A stretch of 64,000 bases of DNA from an archaeon (GCA_043822105.1 JBDRCD010000009.1:67098-131097); one strand, 5' to 3'. Positions 8,637 through 19,834 are shown, counted from the first letter of the stretch. Numbers and translations: made by a program. The notes: generated by a model from the letters alone, not told the origin.

Positions 8637-9766
8637 TTCTTCATAACATCAATTCCCGGTAGAGTTCCTTTTTGTATGAATTTCAAAGCAGCGCCACCGC
8701 CTGTAGAAATGTGAAAAAATTTATCTCTCAATCCAAGCTTATCTATGACTGCAGCGCTATCTCCACCACCTATTATTACTTTTGCTTTTAATTTTGAAAG
8801 AAACTTTGCAAGTTCATAGGTTGATTTTGCGAAAGGTTCAAACTCATACTTTCCCAGCGGTCCGTTCCAAAAAACGGTTTTTGCAGTCTGCAGCACTTTC
8901 TTAAAATCTTCAATGGTTTCCTCTCCCAAATCCAAACCCATCCATGTTTTAGGAATTTTATCAAAAGAAACAGTGATAAACTTTTCTTTATCATTGAGTT
9001 CAGGCGCGACAACAATATCTTTCGGCAACACCAATCTTTCATTGTTGGAAAGAATTCTTGCAGTAACAATCTGGTCTTCTTCATACAATGATTTTCCTAT
9101 TTCCAGACCTTTTGATTTGTAGAAAGAAAATATCATTGCGCCGCCCAGCAGTAACCTATCAACTTTTGGCAAAAGAGAGTTCAGAATTGGAAACTTTGTT
9201 GACAGCTTGCTTCCACCCATTATAACAACAAAGGGTTTGTTTACTTTTGTAAAATCAAGATTCTTTATTTCTTTTTCAACAAGAAGACCTACGCAGCTTG
9301 GCAGAAACTTCGGAATTCCAACAACCGATGCATGCTCTCTGTGACAGACTGCGAATGCATCATTTACAAATATATCTGCATGTGACGCTAGTTCTTTTGC
9401 AAACATTTCATCACATTCTTCTTCTGCCTTGTGAAATCGAAGATTTTCAAGCATGACAACTTTTTCATTTGGTGTTGGAACACCAATACAATCATCCAGT
9501 TTCATAACTCTTTTTCCAAGATATTTCATTAGTCTGAGAGCAACTTTGTCCATTGTAAGACTCTTAACTCTCCGACCTTCAGGTCTTCCAAGATGACTTA
9601 TTATTATGACCTGTTTTGCTTTTTTTAGAATGTATTTTATGGTCGGCAGACTCTGCTTTATTTTGAAATCATCAATTATGTTTCCGTCAAAATCAATAGG
9701 AACATTATAATCCACTCTTAGAAGAACTCTTGCGCCTGTAATATCAACCTGTTTTAGTGTTCTCAT
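8633..9766 (-). CDS. pgk: Phosphoglycerate kinase
   Basis: LRVDYNVP, SHLGRP, LENLRF, VNDAF, WNGPLG, GGGDS and HISTGGGA. Confidence 0.97.
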   Translation of the reverse strand: MRTLKQVDITGARVLLRVDYNVPIDFDGNIIDDFKIKQSLPTIKYILKKAKQVIIISHLGRPEGRRVKSLTMDKVALRLMKYLGKRVMKLDDCIGVPTPNEKVVMLENLRFHKAEEECDEMFAKELASHADIFVNDAFAVCHREHASVVGIPKFLPSCVGLLVEKEIKNLDFTKVNKPFVVIMGGSKLSTKFPILNSLLPKVDRLLLGGAMIFSFYKSKGLEIGKSLYEEDQIVTARILSNNERLVLPKDIVVAPELNDKEKFITVSFDKIPKTWMGLDLGEETIEDFKKVLQTAKTVFWNGPLGKYEFEPFAKSTYELAKFLSKLKAKVIIGGGDSAAVIDKLGLRDKFFHISTGGGAALKFIQKGTLPGIDVMKN

Positions 9767-9800
9767 GGTATAAAAAAATGTAAATGGTTTAAAAAATTAA

Positions 9801-11041
<1,241 letters not shown>

Positions 11042-11226
11042 CCCTACTTAGGAACTTGTGTTTAAGAATATAAAAAGGTTTTGCTTTTATGATGGTTTTT
11101 CTGCACGAAAGAAGATATTAATATAGAAAAGAGGGAATAATCCTAAAGAATAAAGACTTGCCTCTTTTCCCCAGGTATTATTCCAAGAAAGGTTGATGGA
11201 AAGCGATTTATAAAGATTTTCAAAAA

Positions 11227-12279
11227 TTATTTTACAATATGCACAGTTCTTGTTGGAAAGGCCATATTTATTTTTGCTTTTTCAAACTGTTCTTTGATAT
11301 TCATATTAATCTCGTTTTTTACATTCAGAATTTCATCAAGAGCGGCAATCCAGTATATGACTGTGAAATTTAGGGAACTTTCTCCGAATTCTGTAAAACT
11401 AACAATTGTTTTATCAACTGTTTTTTTGTTTTTTATTACAACATCTTCAATAATCTTTTTTGCCTGTTCCATTTTTTTCATTGACGTGCTATATTCAACC
11501 CCAATTGTCATCTTAACTTTTCTGTGTTTTTCTTTTGACACGTTTTCAAGTATGGAATTTGAAATTATGGAGTTCGGCACGACCATTTGGAATCCGTCAA
11601 GAGTTTCCACTCGGGTTGATCTCAGTCCAATCTCTCTGACCCATCCGTCATGTCCTTCTACTTTGATTCTGTCTCCCAGTTTGAACGGCTTGTCAGTCAT
11701 TATGGCCACACCACCAAATAAGTTGGCGAGCATATCTTTGGCTGCAAGTGCAAAAGCAAGTCCGCCTATACCAAGTCCTGCTATAAGAGAAGTAATATCA
11801 TACCCAAAGTTGTCTACAATCATTATTATTGCAATCAATACTAAAACCGTTTTCATAATTTTTCTAATGAGTGGAACTAGCATGTCGTCAAGATCTGATT
11901 TTGATTTTGAAGCTGCAGGTGTTACAAAGTTTAAAATCAAACCATCAATGAATGAAATTATAAACCAAAAAACATCCATAATTATCAGTATTTCAATGGT
12001 GTTTCCTGCAGTGACTTCAAATGAAGCAGACAATGTTAAATTTTTAAGAGCTATTGTTAAACCAATTATGAATATTAAAAAAACCAGCGGTTTTTCTATT
12101 ACCTCAACAAGGATATCATCAAATTTGTTTGCACTTTTTTCTGCTCTTACTCTCAAAACTTTTTTGCTAATATAATAAATAATTCGACCAACAATTACTG
12201 CACCTATTATTATAGCAAAGAATATCAAGTATTGAAATACTGTGTTTCCAAAGTAAGTTGTATCTAAACCAAACGTCAT
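11227..12279 (-). CDS. mscS: Small-conductance mechanosensitive channel (MscS family)
   Basis: LIAGLGIGGLAFALAAKD, DKPFKLGD, IGLRST, VPNS and AFPTRTV. Confidence 0.95.
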   Translation of the reverse strand: MTFGLDTTYFGNTVFQYLIFFAIIIGAVIVGRIIYYISKKVLRVRAEKSANKFDDILVEVIEKPLVFLIFIIGLTIALKNLTLSASFEVTAGNTIEILIIMDVFWFIISFIDGLILNFVTPAASKSKSDLDDMLVPLIRKIMKTVLVLIAIIMIVDNFGYDITSLIAGLGIGGLAFALAAKDMLANLFGGVAIMTDKPFKLGDRIKVEGHDGWVREIGLRSTRVETLDGFQMVVPNSIISNSILENVSKEKHRKVKMTIGVEYSTSMKKMEQAKKIIEDVVIKNKKTVDKTIVSFTEFGESSLNFTVIYWIAALDEILNVKNEINMNIKEQFEKAKINMAFPTRTVHIVK

Positions 12280-12338
12280 AAAAACTTTTTAAACAAGACT
12301 ATTTATATTTTTTATGGTATTTAGTAATATAAAAAAAA

Positions 12339-12830
12339 TTATTTTTTGATTTTCTTGTAGGCTACAAACATAACCAACAAAATTTCTATCAGAAGTATTA
12401 TTGGCTTGATTATTCTGTGTGCATCGCTGAAAAAATCTGCTGTAGCTATAAATATTGCTGCAAGACCGCCTATCATGAATCCTGTTAGTAACCATTCTTT
12501 CAGAGAATCTTTCTTGAAAGGAAGATAAATGCTCAGGATAACTGCTGCAAGACCTATAACGCTTGTTATTAGAAATCTGAAGAATCTGTAATCTTTCATG
12601 GCAAGGTCATATTCTGTTTGGCACTCTGTATATTTTTCTTGCTCAATTATCCTTTCTTCATCAGTTTGATTTATTGGTTTGATCACAGGTTCATTTCCAT
12701 AGTCATCATAGTATCTGCAGTATTCAGGTCTTTCATACAATGCATCTATGAAACTGAATATAAAAAATGCAAAGAGTATTGCAATGGTTGATATTACGGC
12801 TACTTTTTTTATGTTTATCATTTTTATCAC
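12339..12830 (-). CDS. Hypothetical membrane protein
   Basis: 4 TM segments with a Cys-pair-containing loop. Confidence 0.7.
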   Translation of the reverse strand: MIKMINIKKVAVISTIAILFAFFIFSFIDALYERPEYCRYYDDYGNEPVIKPINQTDEERIIEQEKYTECQTEYDLAMKDYRFFRFLITSVIGLAAVILSIYLPFKKDSLKEWLLTGFMIGGLAAIFIATADFFSDAHRIIKPIILLIEILLVMFVAYKKIKK

Positions 12831-14015
12831 CTATTTTTTCACATATAGACTTTTTTCATACAGTTTGAAAACTTTTTGCAAATCTTTTTCTTCAACCTTG
12901 GTTCTTAGTTCAATTCTCGCCGAAGCTTTTGCAAGTCTCATCAGACCAAGTATGAGCCTTGGGCTTACTTCTATTAGGAATTTGTGTTCATCTTTTTTTA
13001 GTTTTGTTGCAAATTCAACAACTTTTTTCTTTAGCTTCTCATCGAAAGTCACTTCAATCATGTGTGAGAATTCAATATAGTCTCTTATGAATAAAGCATC
13101 ATTTATCTCAATGTTTTTTTCTCTTTGACCGACGATTTTATTTGCAATGTTTATGAACTGTTGTGTGTTTGGTCTTCTTACAAAAAATACCAGATGAAAT
13201 CTTGATAGTAGCGCAGGATCGAAGGGTATCTGTTTCAGCCAGGTTTCAGTTGTTCTGCCGACAAATTTATCTCCTTTCGGGTTTGCAGTTGCAAGCAGTC
13301 TGATGTTTGCATCGAGTTTTACATGATTGTTTCCTTTGTTGTATGTGATGAACCCTTTCTCCATTGCGTTTAGCAGCGAACCTCTGTCTCTTGTTCTCAT
13401 TAAATTTAGCTCATCAACACAGCAGATTCCATTGTTTGCCATTAGCAGCAATCCTTTTATCATTTCCTTTCCTTTAAAAGTGACTGTGAGACCTGCTGCA
13501 CTTGTTCCGGATCCCAAACCATAGGAAGATATTGGTGCCAGATCATTTATTGCTCTGAGAATATCTGTTTTACCCGTGCTTGGATCTCCGAGAAGCAGCA
13601 AATGGACTTTGTCTGTTGAGAACAGCTGTAGCATAGCCGATTCTTTAATCTCTTCCATTCCAATTATGTGTGGGGCTATGAACTTTCTGATTTTGTCATC
13701 AGCCACCTGTGAGAATTCTTCGTACTTTTTCCGTCTGGCTTCTTCTTCTAAAATATCGTTCCATACTTTTGTGAGTTTCACGACTTCTGCGTCTTCGACG
13801 GCCGGATTTAGAGTTGGATAGTGTTCATCTTCAATGAGCTTACTTGAAACTTTAAATGAGGAATAGGTTATTCCAATTTTTTCTAGTTTCAAAAGTCGTT
13901 TGATCTTTTTGAAATCATGTATTTCAAAATAGGGTCTAATGTTGTTTAGATTTATTTTATCCCTTCTTGAAAATGGAAATAAAAGTTTTAGTAGTGACAT
14001 ATCCCCTCGTTTCAT
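12831..14015 (-). CDS. MCM-family AAA+ ATPase lacking the N-terminal Zn/OB tier and the C-terminal winged helix
   Basis: IAPHIIG, Walker A GDPSTGKT, SAAGLT, Walker B CCVDE, AMEKG.I, TANP, Arg finger LLSRF and sensor-2 SPR; only 394 aa. Confidence 0.9.
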   Translation of the reverse strand: MKRGDMSLLKLLFPFSRRDKINLNNIRPYFEIHDFKKIKRLLKLEKIGITYSSFKVSSKLIEDEHYPTLNPAVEDAEVVKLTKVWNDILEEEARRKKYEEFSQVADDKIRKFIAPHIIGMEEIKESAMLQLFSTDKVHLLLLGDPSTGKTDILRAINDLAPISSYGLGSGTSAAGLTVTFKGKEMIKGLLLMANNGICCVDELNLMRTRDRGSLLNAMEKGFITYNKGNNHVKLDANIRLLATANPKGDKFVGRTTETWLKQIPFDPALLSRFHLVFFVRRPNTQQFINIANKIVGQREKNIEINDALFIRDYIEFSHMIEVTFDEKLKKKVVEFATKLKKDEHKFLIEVSPRLILGLMRLAKASARIELRTKVEEKDLQKVFKLYEKSLYVKK

Positions 14016-14153
14016 AATAATTACTTAGAACATATAAAGTTTTCGGGATTAAGTGATTAATATACATTTTTCCTCTCATTTTCCAAAACCTTTTTATATA
14101 CACAACTCTATACTGAGATAGGGGGATAAGTAAAAGTATATCTATTTTTGAAA

Positions 14154-14426
14154 ATGGATGACACTGATTTTGACAGACTAATGGAAATCCAAAGGATGAC
14201 TGCCTCAAGCATCAGGCAGGAATCTGAAGTAGACAACAAAATAAAAATTCTTAATATTTTGAATGATATGACAACTTCTAAAAGCAAAAAAATACAGGTT
14301 GAAGAGGTAATTATTGAGGCTGGAATTCAAGGCCTTGGCGAAGCAGAAGTTATGGCTACACTTGATGCCTTGAAATCTGACGGGATGCTTAAAGAACCTG
14401 AAGTTGGCTATGTTCAACTAATCTAA
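14154..14426 (+). CDS. Stand-alone winged-helix protein resembling the archaeal MCM C-terminal domain
   Basis: DFDRL...KIKILNILNDM...VEEVIIEA..QGL.EAEV..TLDALKSDGMLKEPEVGYVQLI fits the MCM C-terminal WH pattern; start set at ATG 14154 (track start is TTG 14148). Confidence 0.75.
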   Translation: MDDTDFDRLMEIQRMTASSIRQESEVDNKIKILNILNDMTTSKSKKIQVEEVIIEAGIQGLGEAEVMATLDALKSDGMLKEPEVGYVQLI

Positions 14427-14461
14427 AATATAGTTTCTAAAATATGTGTTTAAGTATACAT

Positions 14462-16762
14462 TCAATATCCAGACAATGTCTTCTGAGAACTATTCTTAAT
14501 AATATCATCAAAATTTGTATCATAAAATAAAAGAACAGAATCTGCAAGAGGTTTTACTTGTTTTTCAATGTAATGGTCATAGTCAATAATACTTTTTAGA
14601 AGCTCAAGAGGCTCAGGGCCATTAATTGTCTGTATATATTCAATGATGTTGCTCTTCAGTTCTTTAAGCATTCTTGCGGCTTTTACATGCGGAGGAGTTG
14701 TCTTAACATATTCACTCAACTTTTTGGTGATGGATTTTCTATAGATTAGAAGGTCATCGTATTTACCTTTTCTTAGGTCTTTAACGAAAGTTTGTACATA
14801 CTTCGCAACTTCTTTTTTTTCGAAAACCATTTTCAATAACTCAAACTGAAATTTTTTTGCGAGTTCAGTCCAGTCACTTCGAACAAATTCCAAGCCAACA
14901 AAGTCCATCTTTTCTTTACCGTCTTTTATTATGAGACCCGCATATCTTTTTTTTGAACCAACATCGCTTCCTCTGGCTTTAGGCATTAGGAATCGCTTAT
15001 AGATTTTCTCAAACTCCAGTTCAAGATAGTTTTCGCAGCCATACCCTTTTTTTATTTGTTCCTTGAAGAAATCATTGATGTCTTTCTGAATTTTCAGACC
15101 TTTCTTTTCAGCATCTTCTTCTGAATTTACATTTAGATTCACAAATATACTGTCTGTGTCACCGTATATAACCTCAAAGCCATTTTCTTCAATCTTTTTT
15201 GCAGTTAATTTTATCAGGTGCTGTCCAAAATATGTTATGGCATTTGCAACATCGTTGCTGTGAAATCTGAAAACAGGATTGGCCATAACTCCAAACATTG
15301 AATTCATAAGAATTTTAATGGCATAACTTGCAGTAAGGTCATTTTTCTTTTTCATCTCATCTCTTGCAGCCCAAAGCATTTCAATCATATCCGAGAGAAT
15401 GCCTTTTTCTTTTCTAAAGCAGGCACCATTTGGAGCCTTGATGAGATTCTTGCCTTTGCAATCAGGAACATGAGTGAATGGATCTATGTTAAAAGTTCTT
15501 ATGATGCTTGGATATAGGCTTTTGAAGTCACAAACAATTACATAGTCATAGATGCCTGGCTTTGATTTCATTACATATCCGCCTTTTATTCTTTCTTCTC
15601 TGTCACTAAAATTTGCAGAAGGAGCAACGTATCCTTTTTTTCTTAATTCTCTTAGATATAATGAGTCAAAAGCAGATATGCTGCCTTTTACCCTGTCAAG
15701 TTGAATGCCTGTCAGAAGTGATCTTTTCAAAGTAAGATTCAAAACACCTGTTTTATCTAGAATGTCCAAAACCATCTGCGAATCATTAAGATTATAATCA
15801 GCAAGTTTTTGAGGGTTATTCTTGAAAGCAAGTTCTATCTCTTCACCTTTATTTTTTGAACCAATAAGTTTTTTTTCGCCAAGGAATTTTTTTGCTGCAG
15901 TGTCAAGCTTATAATCCTGAAGTTTGATATGGGAGCTTTTTAGAAGATGTATTCCATCAAGAATAATTCTTCCAGGAATATTTGCAGATGAATCTCTAAA
16001 AAAAGATTCTTGCAATTTTACGACGCAGTTATCATCAATCCTACCTATTCTGAAATTCATTCCATGCTGCTTGAATTTTTCACTTAGTTTATAAAAATCA
16101 AAATCAATAACATTCCAACCTGTGATGATATCAGGATCCAGTTCCAAAACTATTTCTTGAAACTTGTCGAGCAGGTCTTTCTCAGTTTTTACAGAGATGC
16201 AATTCTTTAATTTTTTATCAGATCTAATAATTACTTTTTTGTAATCTTCACAAACAAAAGAAACAGAGTAAAATTCTTTGGCATATCTGTCGCTTTCTAT
16301 ATCAATTGACAGAGTTTTCAGCTTTGGCTCCCAATCAGCAGGTATCAGTTTTGGTTCTTCATAAACTCTGTCAACGAGCTTGCTCTTTTCAAAGTCACCT
16401 TTAATTTCAACGGTTCCCTTTATGCCAAGATCCATCATATAACGATAGACAAATCTTATGTCTGCTTCAAACGCAACTATATCTTTTTCATGAAGCTTTT
16501 TTCTAAGTTCAACAACCTGTTTAGGAATGTCGAGAGTTATTTTCACGACTTCTTTTCCTTCAAAGTTTTTCAGGATTGTATCTTCATGCTCAAATTCCTC
16601 GATTTTCAAAGCTTTTTTCAAATCAGACTTTTTGATATAGAAATAGGGTCTGAAAACATTCTTTGTCAGAAATGACTCTCCATTCTCAAGTCTGCCGAAA
16701 AGATAGACAACCGCCTCATCATTTTTCACACGATAGGTCGGATAAACGATATAACCCCTCAT
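14462..16762 (-). CDS. polB: B-family DNA polymerase, bacterial Pol II-like, with 3'-5' exonuclease
   Basis: ExoI DIESD, GWNVIDFD, DFKSLYPSIIRTFNIDP, KILMNS, YGDTDS, GSKKRYAG, PPHVKAAR and NGPEP; C-terminal QKTLSGY. Confidence 0.95.
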   Translation of the reverse strand: MRGYIVYPTYRVKNDEAVVYLFGRLENGESFLTKNVFRPYFYIKKSDLKKALKIEEFEHEDTILKNFEGKEVVKITLDIPKQVVELRKKLHEKDIVAFEADIRFVYRYMMDLGIKGTVEIKGDFEKSKLVDRVYEEPKLIPADWEPKLKTLSIDIESDRYAKEFYSVSFVCEDYKKVIIRSDKKLKNCISVKTEKDLLDKFQEIVLELDPDIITGWNVIDFDFYKLSEKFKQHGMNFRIGRIDDNCVVKLQESFFRDSSANIPGRIILDGIHLLKSSHIKLQDYKLDTAAKKFLGEKKLIGSKNKGEEIELAFKNNPQKLADYNLNDSQMVLDILDKTGVLNLTLKRSLLTGIQLDRVKGSISAFDSLYLRELRKKGYVAPSANFSDREERIKGGYVMKSKPGIYDYVIVCDFKSLYPSIIRTFNIDPFTHVPDCKGKNLIKAPNGACFRKEKGILSDMIEMLWAARDEMKKKNDLTASYAIKILMNSMFGVMANPVFRFHSNDVANAITYFGQHLIKLTAKKIEENGFEVIYGDTDSIFVNLNVNSEEDAEKKGLKIQKDINDFFKEQIKKGYGCENYLELEFEKIYKRFLMPKARGSDVGSKKRYAGLIIKDGKEKMDFVGLEFVRSDWTELAKKFQFELLKMVFEKKEVAKYVQTFVKDLRKGKYDDLLIYRKSITKKLSEYVKTTPPHVKAARMLKELKSNIIEYIQTINGPEPLELLKSIIDYDHYIEKQVKPLADSVLLFYDTNFDDIIKNSSQKTLSGY

Positions 16763-16835
16763 AATAATATAGAAGAACAGGAGTTATTTAAAGTTAGTGG
16801 ATAACTTTATATATATTCAATTCTAACTATTTTTC

Positions 16836-18599
16836 ATGGCAAACCGAATTATGATTGTGAAAAAAGAGAAATGCAACCCAGAAGGTTGTGGTGACTATCT
16901 TTGTATTAGAGTCAGCCCCAGCAATCGTGCTGGAAAGGAAGCAATATATAAGTCTGCGGATGGAAAAGTTGCTGTCAATGAAGAAGTAATCACAGACGGA
17001 GACAGAATAGCAGCCAATAAATGTCCTTTTCATGCTCTAGAAATGATAAAACTGCCGGAAGAACTGCACAAAGATCCAATTCACAGATACGGAAAGAATG
17101 GCTTTGCTCTTTACAATTTGCCAACACCAATATTTGGAAAAGTTGTAGGTATAATTGGAAGAAATGGTATCGGAAAATCAACGGCTGTAAAAATTTTGGC
17201 CGATGTTTTAAAGCCAAATCTTGGAAGACTAGAAGAAGAATCCTATGAAGCCAGTCATGAAGAACTCATTGAATATTTTAAAGGAACCGAAGCACAGGCG
17301 TTTTTTGAAAAGAGAAAAAAAGGCAATATAAAAATTGCCTACAAGCCCCAGCAGGTTGATATTATTCCAAGAGAGTTTTCAGGAACCGTAAAAGAATTAC
17401 TGGTTAAGGTTGACGAGAAAAAAGAGCTTGACAAGATATCTGAACAGCTGGAACTGACAAAGTTTCTAGACCACAAAATCGGAGACATATCCGGTGGTGA
17501 GCTTCAAAGGGTTGCAATTGCAGCAACGGTTCTGAAGAAAGCCAACGTTTATTTCTTTGACGAACCAGCATCCTACCTTGACATAAAACAAAGACTGAAA
17601 GTTTCCAAGTTTATCAGAGAACTTGCAACTGAAGACACCGCAGTAATGGTTATTGAGCATGATATGATAATTCTTGACTACATGACAGATCTTGTTCATC
17701 TCATGTACGGAAAAGAAGGAGCATTTGGAGTTGTTTCAATGGTTAAAACAACAAAAGCAGGAATTAATGTTTATCTTTCAGGATACCTGAAAGAAGAAAA
17801 CGTGAGGTTCAGAAGCAACCACATCAAATTCCTGAAAAAGCCGCCTCTAAAAAAGAGGCCTGAATATGAGATGGTTCAGTGGAACCAGCTAGAACACAGG
17901 CAGGGAACTTTCAATCTGGAGGTCAATAAAGGAATACTATACAGAGGAGAAACAGTCGGAATAGTTGGAGAAAATGGGATTGGAAAAACAACCTTTGTAA
18001 AAATTCTTGCAGGTGAAATAAAAACCAAGGATGAAATCAAAGAGTTAAAGATTGCCTATAAGCCACAGTACATCGAAGCAGGTGATGAACTGGTTGCAAT
18101 GGTTCTAAGAAGAGCGATGCAAAAATACAGCACAATGATAATTGATCCGTTAAATCTCAAGGATTTCATGAATAGAAAAATGAATGAACTCAGTGGTGGA
18201 GAGCTTCAAAGAGTAATGATTGCTAAATGTCTTTCAGAAGACTCTGATTTGATACTTATGGACGAACCATCGGCGTATCTTGACGTTGAACAAAGACTTG
18301 AGATTTCCAAAGTGATTAAGGATGTCATGGAACATACAGGCAAATCCGCACTAATTGTTGACCACGATTTATTATTTATTGACTATCTATCCGACCAGCT
18401 CATTGTTTTTGACGGAGAACCTGCAATCAAAGGATTGGTCAACGGTCCTTTTGATATGGAAGAAGGAATGAACAGATTCTTGAAAGACTTGAAATTAACT
18501 TTTAGAAGAGATGAAGAAAACAACAGGCCAAGAGCCAACAAAGTTGACTCTCAGCTTGACAGAGAACAAAAAAGTAAAGGGAAACTTTACTATGTGTAA
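16836..18599 (+). CDS. Ribosome recycling ATPase ABCE1/RLI
   Basis: N-terminal Fe-S domain, HRYG.NGF.L, two ABC cassettes (GRNGIGKS, GENGIGKT, SGGELQR, DEP) and C-terminal RPRANK..SQLDREQK. Confidence 0.97.
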   Translation: MANRIMIVKKEKCNPEGCGDYLCIRVSPSNRAGKEAIYKSADGKVAVNEEVITDGDRIAANKCPFHALEMIKLPEELHKDPIHRYGKNGFALYNLPTPIFGKVVGIIGRNGIGKSTAVKILADVLKPNLGRLEEESYEASHEELIEYFKGTEAQAFFEKRKKGNIKIAYKPQQVDIIPREFSGTVKELLVKVDEKKELDKISEQLELTKFLDHKIGDISGGELQRVAIAATVLKKANVYFFDEPASYLDIKQRLKVSKFIRELATEDTAVMVIEHDMIILDYMTDLVHLMYGKEGAFGVVSMVKTTKAGINVYLSGYLKEENVRFRSNHIKFLKKPPLKKRPEYEMVQWNQLEHRQGTFNLEVNKGILYRGETVGIVGENGIGKTTFVKILAGEIKTKDEIKELKIAYKPQYIEAGDELVAMVLRRAMQKYSTMIIDPLNLKDFMNRKMNELSGGELQRVMIAKCLSEDSDLILMDEPSAYLDVEQRLEISKVIKDVMEHTGKSALIVDHDLLFIDYLSDQLIVFDGEPAIKGLVNGPFDMEEGMNRFLKDLKLTFRRDEENNRPRANKVDSQLDREQKSKGKLYYV

Positions 18600-19834
18600 C
18601 CCTTTATCATTATCTCTCCATTATAACTTCCGGATTTCAAACCCTGTTCAGTTGTTATCCTGAAAGAAACCTCCAGTTCTGTTCCTTTTTCTAATATAGC
18701 TATGTCTTGATAATTGCTTGTAAGGATTTTACTTGTGGTGAAGTTACTGGAAGAATACTCTATGCTGTTCAATGATATTGTTTCAACACCATTGACAATA
18801 TCAGTTCCTTTGACTTTCAGAAGAACATCTTCATTACCAAGGTTTTTCACAGTCACTTTTTGCGTGCCTGTGTCTCCGCCAACCATTTGAAATCCAAGTG
18901 TTGTTTCTGATTTTATATAAGCAAGACTTTCATAGTCAAAACCAGTGCTCTTTGAAGTTTCATTGTTCACAACTGCAACCAGCTCATAGGTTTTCGCTTC
19001 CTGATAGTATTCCATTGAAACATTGCCTCTGAAAATTGCACTTGTACTGTTGTCGATTGTTTTTTCTGCTGTAAACTCTTCACCATCAACAACAAACTTC
19101 ACTGTTCCAATGTCTTCAAAACCATCCTGATCAAACACTTCAACTTCCACTTCGAAAACTCTTGTTTCTCCGGGAAGTGGTTTTATCTGGATGCCTGGTT
19201 CAGTTGAATTATCGTCGACAAGTATTTTTACTCTTTTGATTTCAGAATAACTATTGGTTATGTTAACTGTAACGTCAATTATTATTTCTAGTGGTTTCAA
19301 TTCTTTGAAAAAAACAGGTGTTCCTGCAGTGAAATCTGCAGAGTTATCATTTGTATCCTGAAAATTTACTCTTCTGAGACTTTCTCCTTCTGCAGTGCCT
19401 TGATGGGGTGTACCCTCATACAGTGTTCCATCAAAGTTGCTTGGATTTCCCCAACCAACTGCGTCAACAACTGTTTCTCCATTCATAAGAGCAATTCCAG
19501 AGTCTGTGTTTGACATGGTTATCGATTCTTCGTGATAAGGATCCGGCCAGGAAGAATCATCCTTGTTTAGGCTAAAACCACTGTCTGCTATCAACAGGAA
19601 TCCTCCTGGCAAGATTGAGGTGTCGGGGGGTAAAGTGAGATCTGATGTAGAAGTTTTTGTGGCAAGAGTCCACTGGGAAATATCAATAGTAGAATTTCCA
19701 TTGTTATGGAGAACCACTGCTTCTCCGCCATTTTCTGAGTTTATAGGGTCATACAAAACTTCTGCAATCATTATGTCTGCAAATACTGGTTGCAAGACAA
19801 ACAATGTTAAAATTAAAATAATAATTTTCTTCAT
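18590..19834 (-). CDS. Secreted lamin-tail-domain (LTD) surface protein
   Basis: Signal peptide; IAEVLYDP, EAVVLHN, DISQWTL, VDAVGWG and DTNDNSADF; Ig-like beta-rich C-terminal half. Confidence 0.8.
   Translation of the reverse strand: MKKIIILILTLFVLQPVFADIMIAEVLYDPINSENGGEAVVLHNNGNSTIDISQWTLATKTSTSDLTLPPDTSILPGGFLLIADSGFSLNKDDSSWPDPYHEESITMSNTDSGIALMNGETVVDAVGWGNPSNFDGTLYEGTPHQGTAEGESLRRVNFQDTNDNSADFTAGTPVFFKELKPLEIIIDVTVNITNSYSEIKRVKILVDDNSTEPGIQIKPLPGETRVFEVEVEVFDQDGFEDIGTVKFVVDGEEFTAEKTIDNSTSAIFRGNVSMEYYQEAKTYELVAVVNNETSKSTGFDYESLAYIKSETTLGFQMVGGDTGTQKVTVKNLGNEDVLLKVKGTDIVNGVETISLNSIEYSSSNFTTSKILTSNYQDIAILEKGTELEVSFRITTEQGLKSGSYNGEIMIKGYT

Noticed and set aside
11294..12175. 293-aa plus-strand ORF
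   Set aside because: Fully antisense to mscS, with Ser/Ile/Phe-rich shadow composition. The same applies to the many short antisense ORFs in the track.
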